DNA from: a bacterium
Lineage (GTDB): Bacteria > Orphanbacterota > Orphanbacteria > Orphanbacterales > Orphanbacteraceae
Direction: 5' to 3'
Length of the DNA stretch: 64,000 bases
NCBI GenBank assembly: GCA_025782575.1
Contig: JALGYY010000017.1
Location: forward strand, 862,232-926,231
Part shown: in pieces, positions 27,031-36,386 of the stretch
How the letters are laid out: each line of letters opens with the position of its first letter
How positions within the stretch are numbered: the stretch's first letter is position 1
Notes under the pieces: generated by a model
The model's database searches: none
Seen by the model: only the letters and a program-made list of their open reading frames with translations
Told to the model about the DNA's origin: nothing
Position numbers and translations under genes: made by a program

Positions 27031-28434
27031 CTACTTCGGGCGGACAATCGTTCCATCGGCGGTGTCTTCCAGGACAAAACCCCTGTCGCTGAGAAGGTCT
27101 CGGATTCTGTCCGCTTCGGCGAAGTTCTTGTCTGCCCGTGCTTTGATTCGGGCATCCACAAGCTTTTGCGTTTCGGTATCGACCGCCGCTTCTTTCCTGG
27201 TCATCGACTTAATTCCGATACCGAAGACGCGGTCCATCTCGAGCAGAGTAGTGTACTGGTCGGCGCCTGACAGAGACTTGTCGCCAAGGACGGCCCAGAG
27301 AACCGCCAGAGCCCGCGGCATATTCAGGTCGTCCCGGCACGCCTCGAGAAAAGAAGAGTAGTAGCTCTCCGCGATTCGCCCCCCTGTCTCGTCACGAATC
27401 GCCGCGACTCGATTGGCGATGCGCTCCAGGGCGTTAGCGGCTCCCTCGATACTTTCCCATGTGAAAGTGAGAGGGGCGCGATAGTGTGCGCCCAAGCAGA
27501 AGAATCTGTACGCCACCGGGTCGAAGCCCTTCTGCACGAGCGTATTGACGGTGAGGAAGTTGTCCCCCGACTTCGACATGCGCTCCCCGTCCTCACCATC
27601 GGCAGACTTCGGAAGCACCAGGAATTCGCCGTGCATCCACCAGCGAACCCATTCTTTGCCCGTAACGGCTTCAACCTGAGCGATTTCGTTTGTATGATGG
27701 ACGGCCACGTGGTCGATACCGCCGCAATGAATATCAAACTGCTCACCAAGATACCGGAGCGACATGGCCGAACATTCGAGGTGCCAGCCGGGAAATCCGA
27801 TTCCCCATGGGCTATCCCACTCCATGAGCCTGGATTCGTTTTTCGGAGAGAACTTCCAGACGGCGAAATCGGTCGGGTTTCTCTTTCCCTTGACCACTTC
27901 GATACGGGCACCCGCCTTGAGGCTGTCCAGATCGAGCCGGGCCAGTTTGCCGTAGTCGACCAGCTTTTTAGTGTCGAAGTAGATTCCGTCATCGATATGG
28001 TAGGTGAATCCGGCCTCTTCCAGGCGGCTCGCCAGATCGATCTGCTCCTGGATGTGATCGGTCGCTTTGCACCATCGGCTCGGTTCGAGGATATGGAGCC
28101 GCTTCAGGTCATCCCGGAATGCCTGCCAGTAGCGATCGGCGATTTCGTATGCCGATACCCCCTCCCTGGCCGCACCTACCGCCATCTTGTCTTCACCGGT
28201 GTCTGAATCGGAGACGAGATGGCCCACATCGGTGACGTTCATCACATGGGTGACTTCGTACCCATCGAGTTCGAGCACGCGACGAAGATAGTCCTCGAAC
28301 AGGTAGGTCCGGAGATTGCCGAGATGGGCAAAATTGTACACAGTGGGGCCGCAGGTATAGAGCCCGACCTTTCCATCCTCCAAAGGCTGAAATGGATCAT
28401 TCCGTCGGGTCATCGTGTTGTAAAGACGAAGCAT
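27031..28434 (-). CDS. cysS: Cysteine--tRNA ligase
   Basis: MLRLYNTMTRR...LYTCGPTVYNFAHLGNLR contains the HIGH-class motif, and KMSKSGDN is the KMSKS loop. The length of 467 aa is typical. Confidence 0.95.
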   Translation of the reverse strand: MLRLYNTMTRRNDPFQPLEDGKVGLYTCGPTVYNFAHLGNLRTYLFEDYLRRVLELDGYEVTHVMNVTDVGHLVSDSDTGEDKMAVGAAREGVSAYEIADRYWQAFRDDLKRLHILEPSRWCKATDHIQEQIDLASRLEEAGFTYHIDDGIYFDTKKLVDYGKLARLDLDSLKAGARIEVVKGKRNPTDFAVWKFSPKNESRLMEWDSPWGIGFPGWHLECSAMSLRYLGEQFDIHCGGIDHVAVHHTNEIAQVEAVTGKEWVRWWMHGEFLVLPKSADGEDGERMSKSGDNFLTVNTLVQKGFDPVAYRFFCLGAHYRAPLTFTWESIEGAANALERIANRVAAIRDETGGRIAESYYSSFLEACRDDLNMPRALAVLWAVLGDKSLSGADQYTTLLEMDRVFGIGIKSMTRKEAAVDTETQKLVDARIKARADKNFAEADRIRDLLSDRGFVLEDTADGTIVRPK

Positions 28435-28537
28435 GACAGTTCCTTGAAGCCAGGAATTATAGGGACGGCCTCATGGGCCGTCAAGATCTGCGAATCCTGC
28501 CGAGGTGCCTGCCGGCCCGGTGCTTCCGGCTCCCGTG

Positions 28538-28758
28538 CCTCTCCACGCAAGCCGACCCTCTTCCCGGGAGAATTTGCGAGACGAGGCCGGTGGGACCCGT
28601 TAGTTCTGGGGACACAATACGCGATTCCCACGCTCGGTACTGGTAGAGATGCGTATTGTGTCCCCAGAACTAACGGGCCGGCCGAACGAGCCAGCGAGGG
28701 ACGACATTCGGAGTCCCGCAGCGGCTCCTCGGGAAGAGGGTCGGCTTGCGTGGAGAGG
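28538..28758. repeat. 221-bp nested imperfect palindrome (foldback element or structured RNA)
   Basis: The outer arms are perfect over 29 bp: CCTCTCCACGCAAGCCGACCCTCTTCCCG (28538-28566) against its reverse complement (28730-28758). The inner arms are perfect over 27 bp: CCCGTTAGTTCTGGGGACACAATACGC (28596-28622) against 28651-28677, with a 28-nt loop. The segments between the arms pair only partly (29 nt on the left, 52 nt on the right). Confidence 0.8.
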
Positions 28759-28985
28759 AACCGGTGACTGAGGTATATGGTCCCTTTTTTCAGCACTTTT
28801 CAGGGGTGCAGGGGTGTATCGGTGGGTTCGACTCTCCATGTGAATCAAAATCGGTCTCCATTCGTCAGGCTGCAGGACGGGCCGGGCCCAGATCCCGGGA
28901 GAAAGGATTGGGACACTCGAACGGCTGTGCTATATTTCTCTGATTGACTTAAAATCGTCGGCAGGAGGCCGCAGGAGTTATCAGG

Positions 28986-31418
28986 GTGGACAGAGTAGGT
29001 CAAATCGGGGAGACGCCAACGCTGCAGGAGCGGCCGACCGCCTCCCAGGGACAGGTTGAAGATCGCCACGACGGCTCGGTCACCTACGGCGCGTCTTTCG
29101 ACTGGTGGATCGCCCTCGTCGCTACCATTATCTCGGGCGTTGTTTTTACGATGACAGCCGGCCGGGGCGCCCCTTTCTGGGATTGCGGGGAGTTTATCGC
29201 CTGCGCCTACATTCTGGGCATCCCCCACCCGCCGGGCGCCGCACTCTTCGTAATTCTCGGTCGTGCAGTATCGATCATCCCGTTTGGTGACACCGCGTTT
29301 CTGCTCAACCTTTTTTCTGCTTACTCGAGCGCGCTGGCTGTCGGGTTCTGCTCCCTGGCGCTCTCTCGCATTCTCCGCCGTATCCTGGGTCATGAACAAT
29401 CGCTGGAGGACCGGTTGGTCATCTATGGAGGGTCCCTGATCGGCGCCCTCGTCATGGCGTTCGGCTCAACCTACTGGTTCAACGCCGTGGAGGCGGAGGT
29501 TTACGGCCTCACACTTCTACTGGTGGCGATTCTGATCTGGCTTTCGTTGATCTGGCTGGAGAAGGCGCGGACCCCCGAAGGGAATCGCATTCTCCTGCTC
29601 CAGACTTATCTGCTGTTCCTCGGCGCGACGAACCATATGCAGGCCTTCATGCCGATTATTCCGATGTTCCTTCTTATTATTCTCGTCGATCGTGCCCGGA
29701 TGAAATCCCCCGTCTTCTACATACTGTTTTTTCTGCTTACGACCGTCATCTACTGGACTCATTTCTTTATTATCGGACTACCGATCGCCTGCGCAATTAC
29801 GTTTGTCGGTGCGTTTCTCTCGACAGACCGGGCTCTCAAGAATTCGTTCAATCTGGCGGGGAAGTTCCTGCTGCTGGCAATCGTCGGCTATTCGCTCTAC
29901 GCATACGTCCCGATCCGATCACTACAGAATCCCGCGATCGATGAAAACAATCCGGAAAACTGGGCGAACTTCCGCATGTTCCTGGAACGGAAGCAGTATT
30001 CCGACAAGTCCATGGCTCAGCTCATGTTCACCCGCAAAGGAACCTGGAAGAATCAGTTCGGCACGTTTCACCGGATCGGATTCTGGGGCCACCTCCAGAA
30101 CCAGTGGATTCCGAATTCCAAGTACCTCTACCTTGTCATTCCGTTCCTCTCCCTATACGCACTCTGGGCGATGTGGAAAAGGGACCGCAAGATCTTCCTC
30201 TATTTCCTGCTGACTCTTCTGTTATTTACCCTTGCCATGACCCTCTACCTGAACTTCTCCGACGGCACCAGGGGGGTAAAGCTCGAGGTGAGGGACAGAG
30301 ATTATTTCTATACGCCGGGATTCGTACTGATCAGCTATCTGTTCGGGATCGGTAGTGGTGCGTTCGTAGGGCACCTGATGCGCTCGAGCATCCCTGCCGG
30401 CGCACTCCTGGCGAGAGCTCTGCTCGTCCTGCTATTGCTCGTCCCCCACAGGGCGATGTCGTCGAACTACTTTACCCATGACCGATCCCGGTTCTTTGTA
30501 GCCGAAGATCTCGCATACAACATGCTCGTCGGTCTGCGCGAAAATGCGATTCTGTTTACGGGAGGTGACAACGATACCTTCCCTCTCTGGTATATCCAGG
30601 AGGTGCGTCACTTTCGTAAAGATGTGCAGGTCATCAATCTCAGCTTGCTGAACACTCCCTGGTATATTTTACAACTAAAACACCAACCCCCGCTGATCAA
30701 CATCAAGATGGACGATACCGAGATCGAGGCGCTTCGCGGTTTCATGACTCCTGACGGCAAGATTACGACCGTCAAGGACATCATGGTGCCGCGCATCATC
30801 CGGGATAATCACGCGGATCGCCCGATCTATTTCGCAGTGACAGTGCCCACCGGCGATCGGAATATCGTAAAGGACAAGCTTCTCCAGGAGGGGCTCGTGG
30901 TTCGCGTGGAAACCGGGATCAATCAGGAATCCTATGATATCGCCAAGATGGAAGAGAATTTCACAGAGGTGTATCGGTTTCGCGGTCTTGCCGATTCGAC
31001 TATCTATAAAGACAGGGACACGATCCGCCTGCTGACGAACTACAACGCCTGTCTCTTCAATCTCGCCCAGCTCAACTGGCGAAACGGGGACAAAGAGAAG
31101 GCGCAGGTCTTCGTCGACAAAATGAAAACGTTCCCACATAAGAACGCGGCGGGCTATCGGATGCTCACCGCCGTTTCCGAGATCATGAACAACTGGGAAG
31201 ATGCGGTTCACTACACCGATCTCACGATCGAGCTCGAGCCGAATGATTCTGAGAATTACGTCCGGCGAGCGGAATATCTCAGGCGCCTTGGAAGACTGGA
31301 CGACGCGATTGAGGAACTCCGGAGCGCCGCTGACCGGTTCCCGGGCGATCCGCGTGTGACTTCATCGCTTGCCGCTTTCGAAAAAAGAGCACAGGGGACC
31401 GAGACTCCTCAACCATGA
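28986..31418 (+). CDS. DUF2723 (TMEM260-like, putative glycosyltransferase) polytopic membrane protein with C-terminal TPR repeats
   Basis: GTG start. The motif GAPFWDCGEFIACAYILGIPHPPGAALFVILGR is the DUF2723 signature, and there are more than 10 hydrophobic segments. The C-terminal TPR-like repeats include ...WEDAVHYTDLTIELEPNDSENYVRRAEYLRRLGRLDDAIEELRSA. Confidence 0.75.
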   Translation: MDRVGQIGETPTLQERPTASQGQVEDRHDGSVTYGASFDWWIALVATIISGVVFTMTAGRGAPFWDCGEFIACAYILGIPHPPGAALFVILGRAVSIIPFGDTAFLLNLFSAYSSALAVGFCSLALSRILRRILGHEQSLEDRLVIYGGSLIGALVMAFGSTYWFNAVEAEVYGLTLLLVAILIWLSLIWLEKARTPEGNRILLLQTYLLFLGATNHMQAFMPIIPMFLLIILVDRARMKSPVFYILFFLLTTVIYWTHFFIIGLPIACAITFVGAFLSTDRALKNSFNLAGKFLLLAIVGYSLYAYVPIRSLQNPAIDENNPENWANFRMFLERKQYSDKSMAQLMFTRKGTWKNQFGTFHRIGFWGHLQNQWIPNSKYLYLVIPFLSLYALWAMWKRDRKIFLYFLLTLLLFTLAMTLYLNFSDGTRGVKLEVRDRDYFYTPGFVLISYLFGIGSGAFVGHLMRSSIPAGALLARALLVLLLLVPHRAMSSNYFTHDRSRFFVAEDLAYNMLVGLRENAILFTGGDNDTFPLWYIQEVRHFRKDVQVINLSLLNTPWYILQLKHQPPLINIKMDDTEIEALRGFMTPDGKITTVKDIMVPRIIRDNHADRPIYFAVTVPTGDRNIVKDKLLQEGLVVRVETGINQESYDIAKMEENFTEVYRFRGLADSTIYKDRDTIRLLTNYNACLFNLAQLNWRNGDKEKAQVFVDKMKTFPHKNAAGYRMLTAVSEIMNNWEDAVHYTDLTIELEPNDSENYVRRAEYLRRLGRLDDAIEELRSAADRFPGDPRVTSSLAAFEKRAQGTETPQP

Positions 31419-32254
31419 GCCACCTCTACGGTTTTATCTCCTCACTGCCCGCCAAGGTGGATTGCTCTCTCATTCAATCGCAGAGAGCGCTTGTCCGGTT
31501 GAGTTATGCTGACTCCCGTAACGTATCTCGAGTGGACGGCTGGGGACTCGCACTCTTCGACGGTGAGACTCCCCACGCCCAGAGGCGTACGATTTCTCAT
31601 CCTGAAAAACAGATCTTCGACAGTCTGGATTCCCGAGACCATGCCAACGCCGCAATCGCCCATTTAAGAAGGGGGACCGTCGGCAAGCCGGACAAGAAGA
31701 GCGTCCATCCATTCACATTCGAAAGCTGGGCGTTCGCTCACCGGGGTACGGTCGAGAATTTCACCACGATCCGGAGAGAGTTACTGGGCGAGTTGACTCC
31801 GGAATTTCGCCGCGCCGTTCTGGGATCGACAGACTCCGAGCACATTTTTTATCTCTTCCTGTCGTACCTCAAACGATCGGCCGGATCGATTGCGGGGGAC
31901 GCACCGATCCATAGAATCCGCGATTCCTTTCGCAAGTCGATCAGCATGCTGAATGAGTGGAGCAATCGAACAGGGACAAGAATCGATTCGGGCCTCACTC
32001 TGCTCGCGACGAACCGTCGGGCCTTTCTTGCGTGCCGGCAACGTTCTTCTCTTTATTATGTCGAGAGGGACCGGTTGGAGACCTGCCCGATCTGCGGCGA
32101 ACCGCATTCGATCACCGATCCGGAACATCCCTATCGTTCAGTTGTCATAAGTTCCGAGCCGCTAACGGGAGAGGACTGGAACGAAATCCCCGAGCGCCAT
32201 ATCATGCTCATCGATCCCGATCTGACCGTAACGATCGCACCGATCGAAGAGTAA
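31415..32254 (+). CDS. Class II (Ntn-type) glutamine amidotransferase-like protein, YafJ/GATase_4 family, with Ser in place of the nucleophilic Cys2
   Basis: DGWGLALFDG, HLRRGTVG...VHPF, FAHRGTVENF and TDSEHIFYLFL follow the GATase_4 pattern. The protein begins MSHLYGF where this family normally has M-C. The ATG overlaps the upstream stop (ATGA, 31415-31418). Confidence 0.7.
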   Translation: MSHLYGFISSLPAKVDCSLIQSQRALVRLSYADSRNVSRVDGWGLALFDGETPHAQRRTISHPEKQIFDSLDSRDHANAAIAHLRRGTVGKPDKKSVHPFTFESWAFAHRGTVENFTTIRRELLGELTPEFRRAVLGSTDSEHIFYLFLSYLKRSAGSIAGDAPIHRIRDSFRKSISMLNEWSNRTGTRIDSGLTLLATNRRAFLACRQRSSLYYVERDRLETCPICGEPHSITDPEHPYRSVVISSEPLTGEDWNEIPERHIMLIDPDLTVTIAPIEE

Positions 32255-32298
32255 TTCCTAAAAGACGAAGACAAGAAACGACAACAGGAGGAAACGCA

Positions 32299-32835
32299 GT
32301 GAAGAAGATCGGAACAATGGCACTGATCCTGGGATTGATGGCCGGCACAGCATCGGCGGACGGCCTCGGCCTGGAAGGATTCGGCGTGCGCACCGGATTT
32401 CGCGTCGACCCCGATCAGTTTGTGGTCGGCGGACATGCGAATATGGGCGAGATCGTAGAGAGTCTTCGCTTCCAGCCGATGGTGGACATCGGCTTCGGAG
32501 ACAATCTTACCGTTCTGACGTTCAACGGCGATTTCCTGTTCATGTTGAGCGAAGCGCTGGAAATGGACGCCGCCCAGATCTACGCCGGCGGGGGACTTGC
32601 CATTGTATACAGCAACTTCGATGTCGGGGACATATGCGAGGGCCTGACCGGAGGAGTCCGTGACCTCTGCGAAGCAAGTTCCGACAATGTCGATGACTCG
32701 ACCACAGACATTGCTCTCAATATCATCGCCGGTGTGGAGATGGACCTCAACGAGGACCAGGCGGTTTTCGGTGAATTCCGGATTACTGTCGAAGATGGAA
32801 GTTTCATCGGGATTTACGGCGGCTTTAATTTTTAG
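32299..32835 (+). CDS. Small outer-membrane beta-barrel protein (OmpW/OmpA-barrel-like size)
   Basis: GTG 32299 lies 7 nt after AGGAGG. The signal peptide is VKKIGTMALILGLMAGTASA. Strands alternate in polarity and the protein ends in an aromatic terminus, ...GIYGGFNF. Confidence 0.6.
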   Translation: MKKIGTMALILGLMAGTASADGLGLEGFGVRTGFRVDPDQFVVGGHANMGEIVESLRFQPMVDIGFGDNLTVLTFNGDFLFMLSEALEMDAAQIYAGGGLAIVYSNFDVGDICEGLTGGVRDLCEASSDNVDDSTTDIALNIIAGVEMDLNEDQAVFGEFRITVEDGSFIGIYGGFNF

Positions 32836-32837
32836 CG

Positions 32838-33122
32838 TTGACCCCGTCTTCGCGCCGGTGCGATCATCGTCTCAGATTCGGAACCCGGATAGCCATCAAA
32901 GAGAAAGGCGATGATACGGTGAAGGAGTGCGAATGGTGCGGAATGGACTTTCGAGGCGAAGCGAAGACCTTGAAAGAATTCTTCTTCTGCAGTGATACCT
33001 GTCTGAAAGAGTATTGTGAGGAAGTCCCGGGTGCAAAAGAACCGGAACCCGAAGACAAATCGGAAACGGAATCGGATACAATCGGGGCGGATGCTGAAGG
33101 AACGGGGGATGAGGCTTCCTAG
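32838..33122 (+). CDS. Small zinc-finger (FCS/TRASH-like) protein with an acidic tail
   Basis: The motif C-E-W-C ... F-F-C-S-D-T-C (CX2C...CX3C) is followed by an EPEPEDKSETESD tail. The start is uncertain: TTG 32838 or GTG 32919 (with GAGAAAGG upstream). The 3' end overlaps the sulfatase-fold gene start. Confidence 0.4.
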   Translation: MTPSSRRCDHRLRFGTRIAIKEKGDDTVKECEWCGMDFRGEAKTLKEFFFCSDTCLKEYCEEVPGAKEPEPEDKSETESDTIGADAEGTGDEAS

Positions 33123-34515
33123 CCTCTCCCTCTCCTACTCGTCGCTCTTTCTGATCCCTATTCTATCGTTGGTCGTCTCATGCGGGAAGACTCCCGCAGA
33201 CAGACCTAACGTACTACTGATTACATTCGAATCGCTTCGGGCGGACAAGGTCGGCTGTTATGGGGAGCCCCTCCCCACAACTCCGAACATCGACCTCCTC
33301 GCCGCCGAAGGGACTCTCTACGAACAGGCCTATAGCGTTACGAGCTGGACACTCTCGTCTCATGCCACACTCTTTACCGGCCTTTATCCCTCGGCCCACC
33401 AGGTCATCGAGCCGCGCGACCGACTTCAGGATTCCTATGTGACGCTTGCTGAAGTGCTGCAGGGCGAGGGTTACGAAACGGCCGGCTACGTAAGCGGCCC
33501 CTTCCTTCGATCCGCCCATGCTCTCGACCAGGGTTTCGAGGCCTACGATGACTCTCCGTGCTCTGTTACTCAACAAGCGGCGCACGATGACATCACCAAT
33601 GACAAGATGGAAGAGCTCCTCTCGGCCTTTCTCGAAAAGGACCGCGCCGGCGATAAGCCATTCTTCCTCTTCGCTTATCTATGGGATCCACACTACGATT
33701 TCATTCCTCCGTCCCCTTACGACACGATGTTTGTCCCTGATGATGCCGAGCCGTTCGATGTAACCCGGTTCGAGTTCAACCGCCGGATTCACACCGGGAT
33801 GTCGCCCGGTGCCTATCAGTATCTTCTCTCACAATACGAAGGTGAAATCCGGTGTACGGACGATATGCTGGGAAGGCTCTGGCGACTCATGCGGGAGAAG
33901 GGAATCTGGGAGAATACCATCGTGATTCTCACGGCTGATCATGGCGAAGAGTTTTTTGAGCACGGCGAAAAAGGGCACAAGAACAATCTGCATGTGGAAT
34001 CGCTCCACGTCCCGCTGATCATCAAGTGGGACGGGAGAGCGGAACCGGAAAGGGATGATCGCGTGGCCGGTCTGATCGATCTGTTCCCCACGCTGGTTGA
34101 TCGGCTCTCCTTGCGGCTTGAAAGCCCCCTGCATGGCAAGAGCCTGACCGGGCCTCCTCGCTCAGTGGATGATCCGCTCTTCTTCGAACTGACGACGACG
34201 TTCTACGGAAGACGGAAGGACGGCGAGGTTCAGAAAACCAGCGAACAATGGTGGGCGATCCGCCGCGGACCGTTCAAGGCGATCAGCGTACCGAATCGCC
34301 ATGTGAACGTGCTCTATGATGTCAGCACGGATCAAGAGGAGAGGAATCAGGTGGAGAGAGTCTATCCGGAAATACTCGAAGAGCTTGTAGCAGCACTGGG
34401 GCCCTGGCAGTCCTCCATGCAAAAGATGGCGGGGAAACATGGTAAGGGGGTGCCGGCCAGGCTGTCGAACGAGGAGCTGGAACGACTCAAATCACTCGGC
34501 TACATCGGGAACTGA
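33109..34515 (+). CDS. Sulfatase-fold (alkaline-phosphatase superfamily) lipoprotein, with Thr at the nucleophile position
   Basis: The start was moved to ATG 33109. The lipobox is LSLVVSCG. Family motifs are NVLLITFESLRADKVGCYG...TPNIDLLAAEG, WTLSSHATLFTGLYP (in place of C/S-x-P-x-R), ILTADHGEEF and GHKNNLH. Confidence 0.8.
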   Translation: MRLPSLSLSYSSLFLIPILSLVVSCGKTPADRPNVLLITFESLRADKVGCYGEPLPTTPNIDLLAAEGTLYEQAYSVTSWTLSSHATLFTGLYPSAHQVIEPRDRLQDSYVTLAEVLQGEGYETAGYVSGPFLRSAHALDQGFEAYDDSPCSVTQQAAHDDITNDKMEELLSAFLEKDRAGDKPFFLFAYLWDPHYDFIPPSPYDTMFVPDDAEPFDVTRFEFNRRIHTGMSPGAYQYLLSQYEGEIRCTDDMLGRLWRLMREKGIWENTIVILTADHGEEFFEHGEKGHKNNLHVESLHVPLIIKWDGRAEPERDDRVAGLIDLFPTLVDRLSLRLESPLHGKSLTGPPRSVDDPLFFELTTTFYGRRKDGEVQKTSEQWWAIRRGPFKAISVPNRHVNVLYDVSTDQEERNQVERVYPEILEELVAALGPWQSSMQKMAGKHGKGVPARLSNEELERLKSLGYIGN

Positions 34516-34531
34516 AATCGACAGAAGCTGG

Positions 34532-35320
34532 TTAAACTCCACCGTTCCGTATGACCACTTCACCAACACCCGGCGCCACGATGTTGTAGTCGATCGCAAG
34601 AAACTGGCGGTTCGTAAAATACCTGCGGCTGATCCGGGCCGGGTGGAACACCCATGAAGAGATCGCATCGCGAACGGATTGATCGAATGGCTCGAAGAAC
34701 CCGCGCCGAGGCTCCATCCGAAGTACGGATCCGCATCGACCGACGATGACGATCATGGATATTGTCCCCCCGATTTCGCGTGCAATCAGGGAATCGGGAT
34801 AATCGGGTAGTGAGAATTCCAGCGGCTCGGCAATACGATCGACGACCAATTCAGTAGGCTCCTGGTCAGGGGCTGAAAGTGCGGCGCAACCCCATCCCCA
34901 CCACGATCGTGATTCGGCATCATCCCCCTCACCAAGAACCATGCTCCCCGTCAGGAGATCCCGGCTCCAGCGCGCCTGTGCGTCAATGAGCAACTTTCCC
35001 CCATCTTCGATTCGGAAGAACACGGAGTCGGATCGGATGTCGTAGGAGACTACTTCCATGGATTCCGCATCATCAAGGAACGGCAGGAGGCCTCGCGTGG
35101 AATGGGTATAGAAAGAGAACTCATCCCCCTCTTCATGAGGGATCGCAAATCTGAAAAGGAGTTCCTCTTGATTGTCGAGGCCGGTCTCCCCGTAGATGCG
35201 GATAATCGGCGGACGGGGATCCGGTTCACCCGGCAGATTCGAGTCGCCACACCCGGCTCCCATAAGCAGCACGACCGAAGCGAGAATTCCGTGAACAGTA
35301 TGACTGGATGATTGGTTCAT
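34532..35320 (-). CDS. Lipoprotein with a TonB-C-terminal-like domain
   Basis: The lipobox is LLMGAGCG. The C-terminal ~80 aa, PDYPDSLIAREIGGTISMIVIVGRCGSV...FDQSVRDAISSWVFHPA, resemble the TonB_C fold pattern. Confidence 0.5.
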   Translation of the reverse strand: MNQSSSHTVHGILASVVLLMGAGCGDSNLPGEPDPRPPIIRIYGETGLDNQEELLFRFAIPHEEGDEFSFYTHSTRGLLPFLDDAESMEVVSYDIRSDSVFFRIEDGGKLLIDAQARWSRDLLTGSMVLGEGDDAESRSWWGWGCAALSAPDQEPTELVVDRIAEPLEFSLPDYPDSLIAREIGGTISMIVIVGRCGSVLRMEPRRGFFEPFDQSVRDAISSWVFHPARISRRYFTNRQFLAIDYNIVAPGVGEVVIRNGGV

Positions 35321-35465
35321 GATTCACTCATCTTGATTGGGCCTACACTACGAGCGGAGGTGCGGATCCGCAAGGCCTACGCCGAAAATGGAAAACCCGC
35401 CGGCCTGGACTTCATGTCCGGACCGGCGGGCATCGACGGTATTCCGCTTCGTTTTTTCGAGAAGG

Positions 35466-36320
35466 TCAGGATGCGTACAGTCTGAGCGACTCACCCCTTG
35501 TACCGTGGGCCAGTTTCTCCAGAGCCTTTTTCTTGATTTGCCGGATGCGCTCTCGGGAGAGATTCAGCTTTCCCCCGATCTCTTCCAGGTTGAAGGAACG
35601 CCTCCCCCCAATCCCGAAATAGAGGCGGACCACAGTCTCTTCACGATCGGAGAGGGTCGAGATGATCTCTCCTACATCGCTCCGCATCCTGTCTTCCATC
35701 ACCACGGCATCAGGAGGTGCGGCCGAATCATCGGCAACATAGTCACGCAGGCTGTTTTCGCCATCGAAATCTTCGGGTCCGTCCAGCGAAAGGAGCCGCC
35801 CCCCCATACCCATCAGGCTGTAGACATCGTACTCCTTCATGTTCATCGCCTCGGCGATTTCTGCGACACTCGGTTCCTGCTGGAAGCTCTTCCAGTAGTC
35901 GTTCATGAACCGGGACATCTTCTGGAGCAGCAATTCCTTGTTCATGGGAAGACGAATGGTGTGAGAGTTCTCCACGACGGCCTGCTGCATTCGCTGCCTG
36001 ATCCACCAGACCGCGTACGTCGTAAATTTAAACCCTCTGGTTTCGTCGAACTTCTTGACCGCCTTGATGAGGCCGATGTTCCCTTCATTTACGAGATCCG
36101 ATATCGGGAGCCCCCGATTCATGTATTTCTTTGCGATGTAGACCACGAACCGGAGATGGGCCTTCACAAGATCGTGCATGGCATCGACATCGCCGTCACG
36201 GGCGCGCCGGGCCAGGTCGCCCTTATCCTTCTCGGGAATTGTCGGGATTTTCTGGATATCCCGCAGATAGACGGTCATCGCCTTGTCTTCCATCGGGTAT
36301 CCCCCTGTCTTGTAACTCAT
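35466..36320 (-). CDS. RNA polymerase sigma factor, sigma-70 family (RpoD/RpoS-like group 2/3)
   Basis: Region 2 is LVKAHLRFVVYIAKKYMNRGLPISDLVNEGNIGLIKAVKKFDETRGFKFTTYAVWWIRQ. Region 3 is present. The region 4 HTH is SFNLEEIGGKLNLSRERIRQIKKKALEKL. Confidence 0.85.
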   Translation of the reverse strand: MSYKTGGYPMEDKAMTVYLRDIQKIPTIPEKDKGDLARRARDGDVDAMHDLVKAHLRFVVYIAKKYMNRGLPISDLVNEGNIGLIKAVKKFDETRGFKFTTYAVWWIRQRMQQAVVENSHTIRLPMNKELLLQKMSRFMNDYWKSFQQEPSVAEIAEAMNMKEYDVYSLMGMGGRLLSLDGPEDFDGENSLRDYVADDSAAPPDAVVMEDRMRSDVGEIISTLSDREETVVRLYFGIGGRRSFNLEEIGGKLNLSRERIRQIKKKALEKLAHGTRGESLRLYAS

Positions 36321-36386
36321 GTCTCTTGTCTCTCCGGGGTATGATCGTAATATCGAGGATCGCTTATCCTCGCCTCTGGTTCACAC

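Noticed and set aside
28435-28800. T-box or other riboswitch leader for cysS
   Set aside because: The only T-box-like string (GGTGGGACCCG, about 28589-28599) is on the + strand, the wrong strand for cysS. No specifier or terminator-antiterminator architecture could be traced. The region is better described as a nested palindrome.
35337-36344. 335-aa ORF on the + strand
   Set aside because: It is antisense to the sigma-70 family gene, whose regions 2-4 are intact. The composition is low-complexity. I treat it as a GC-driven artefact.
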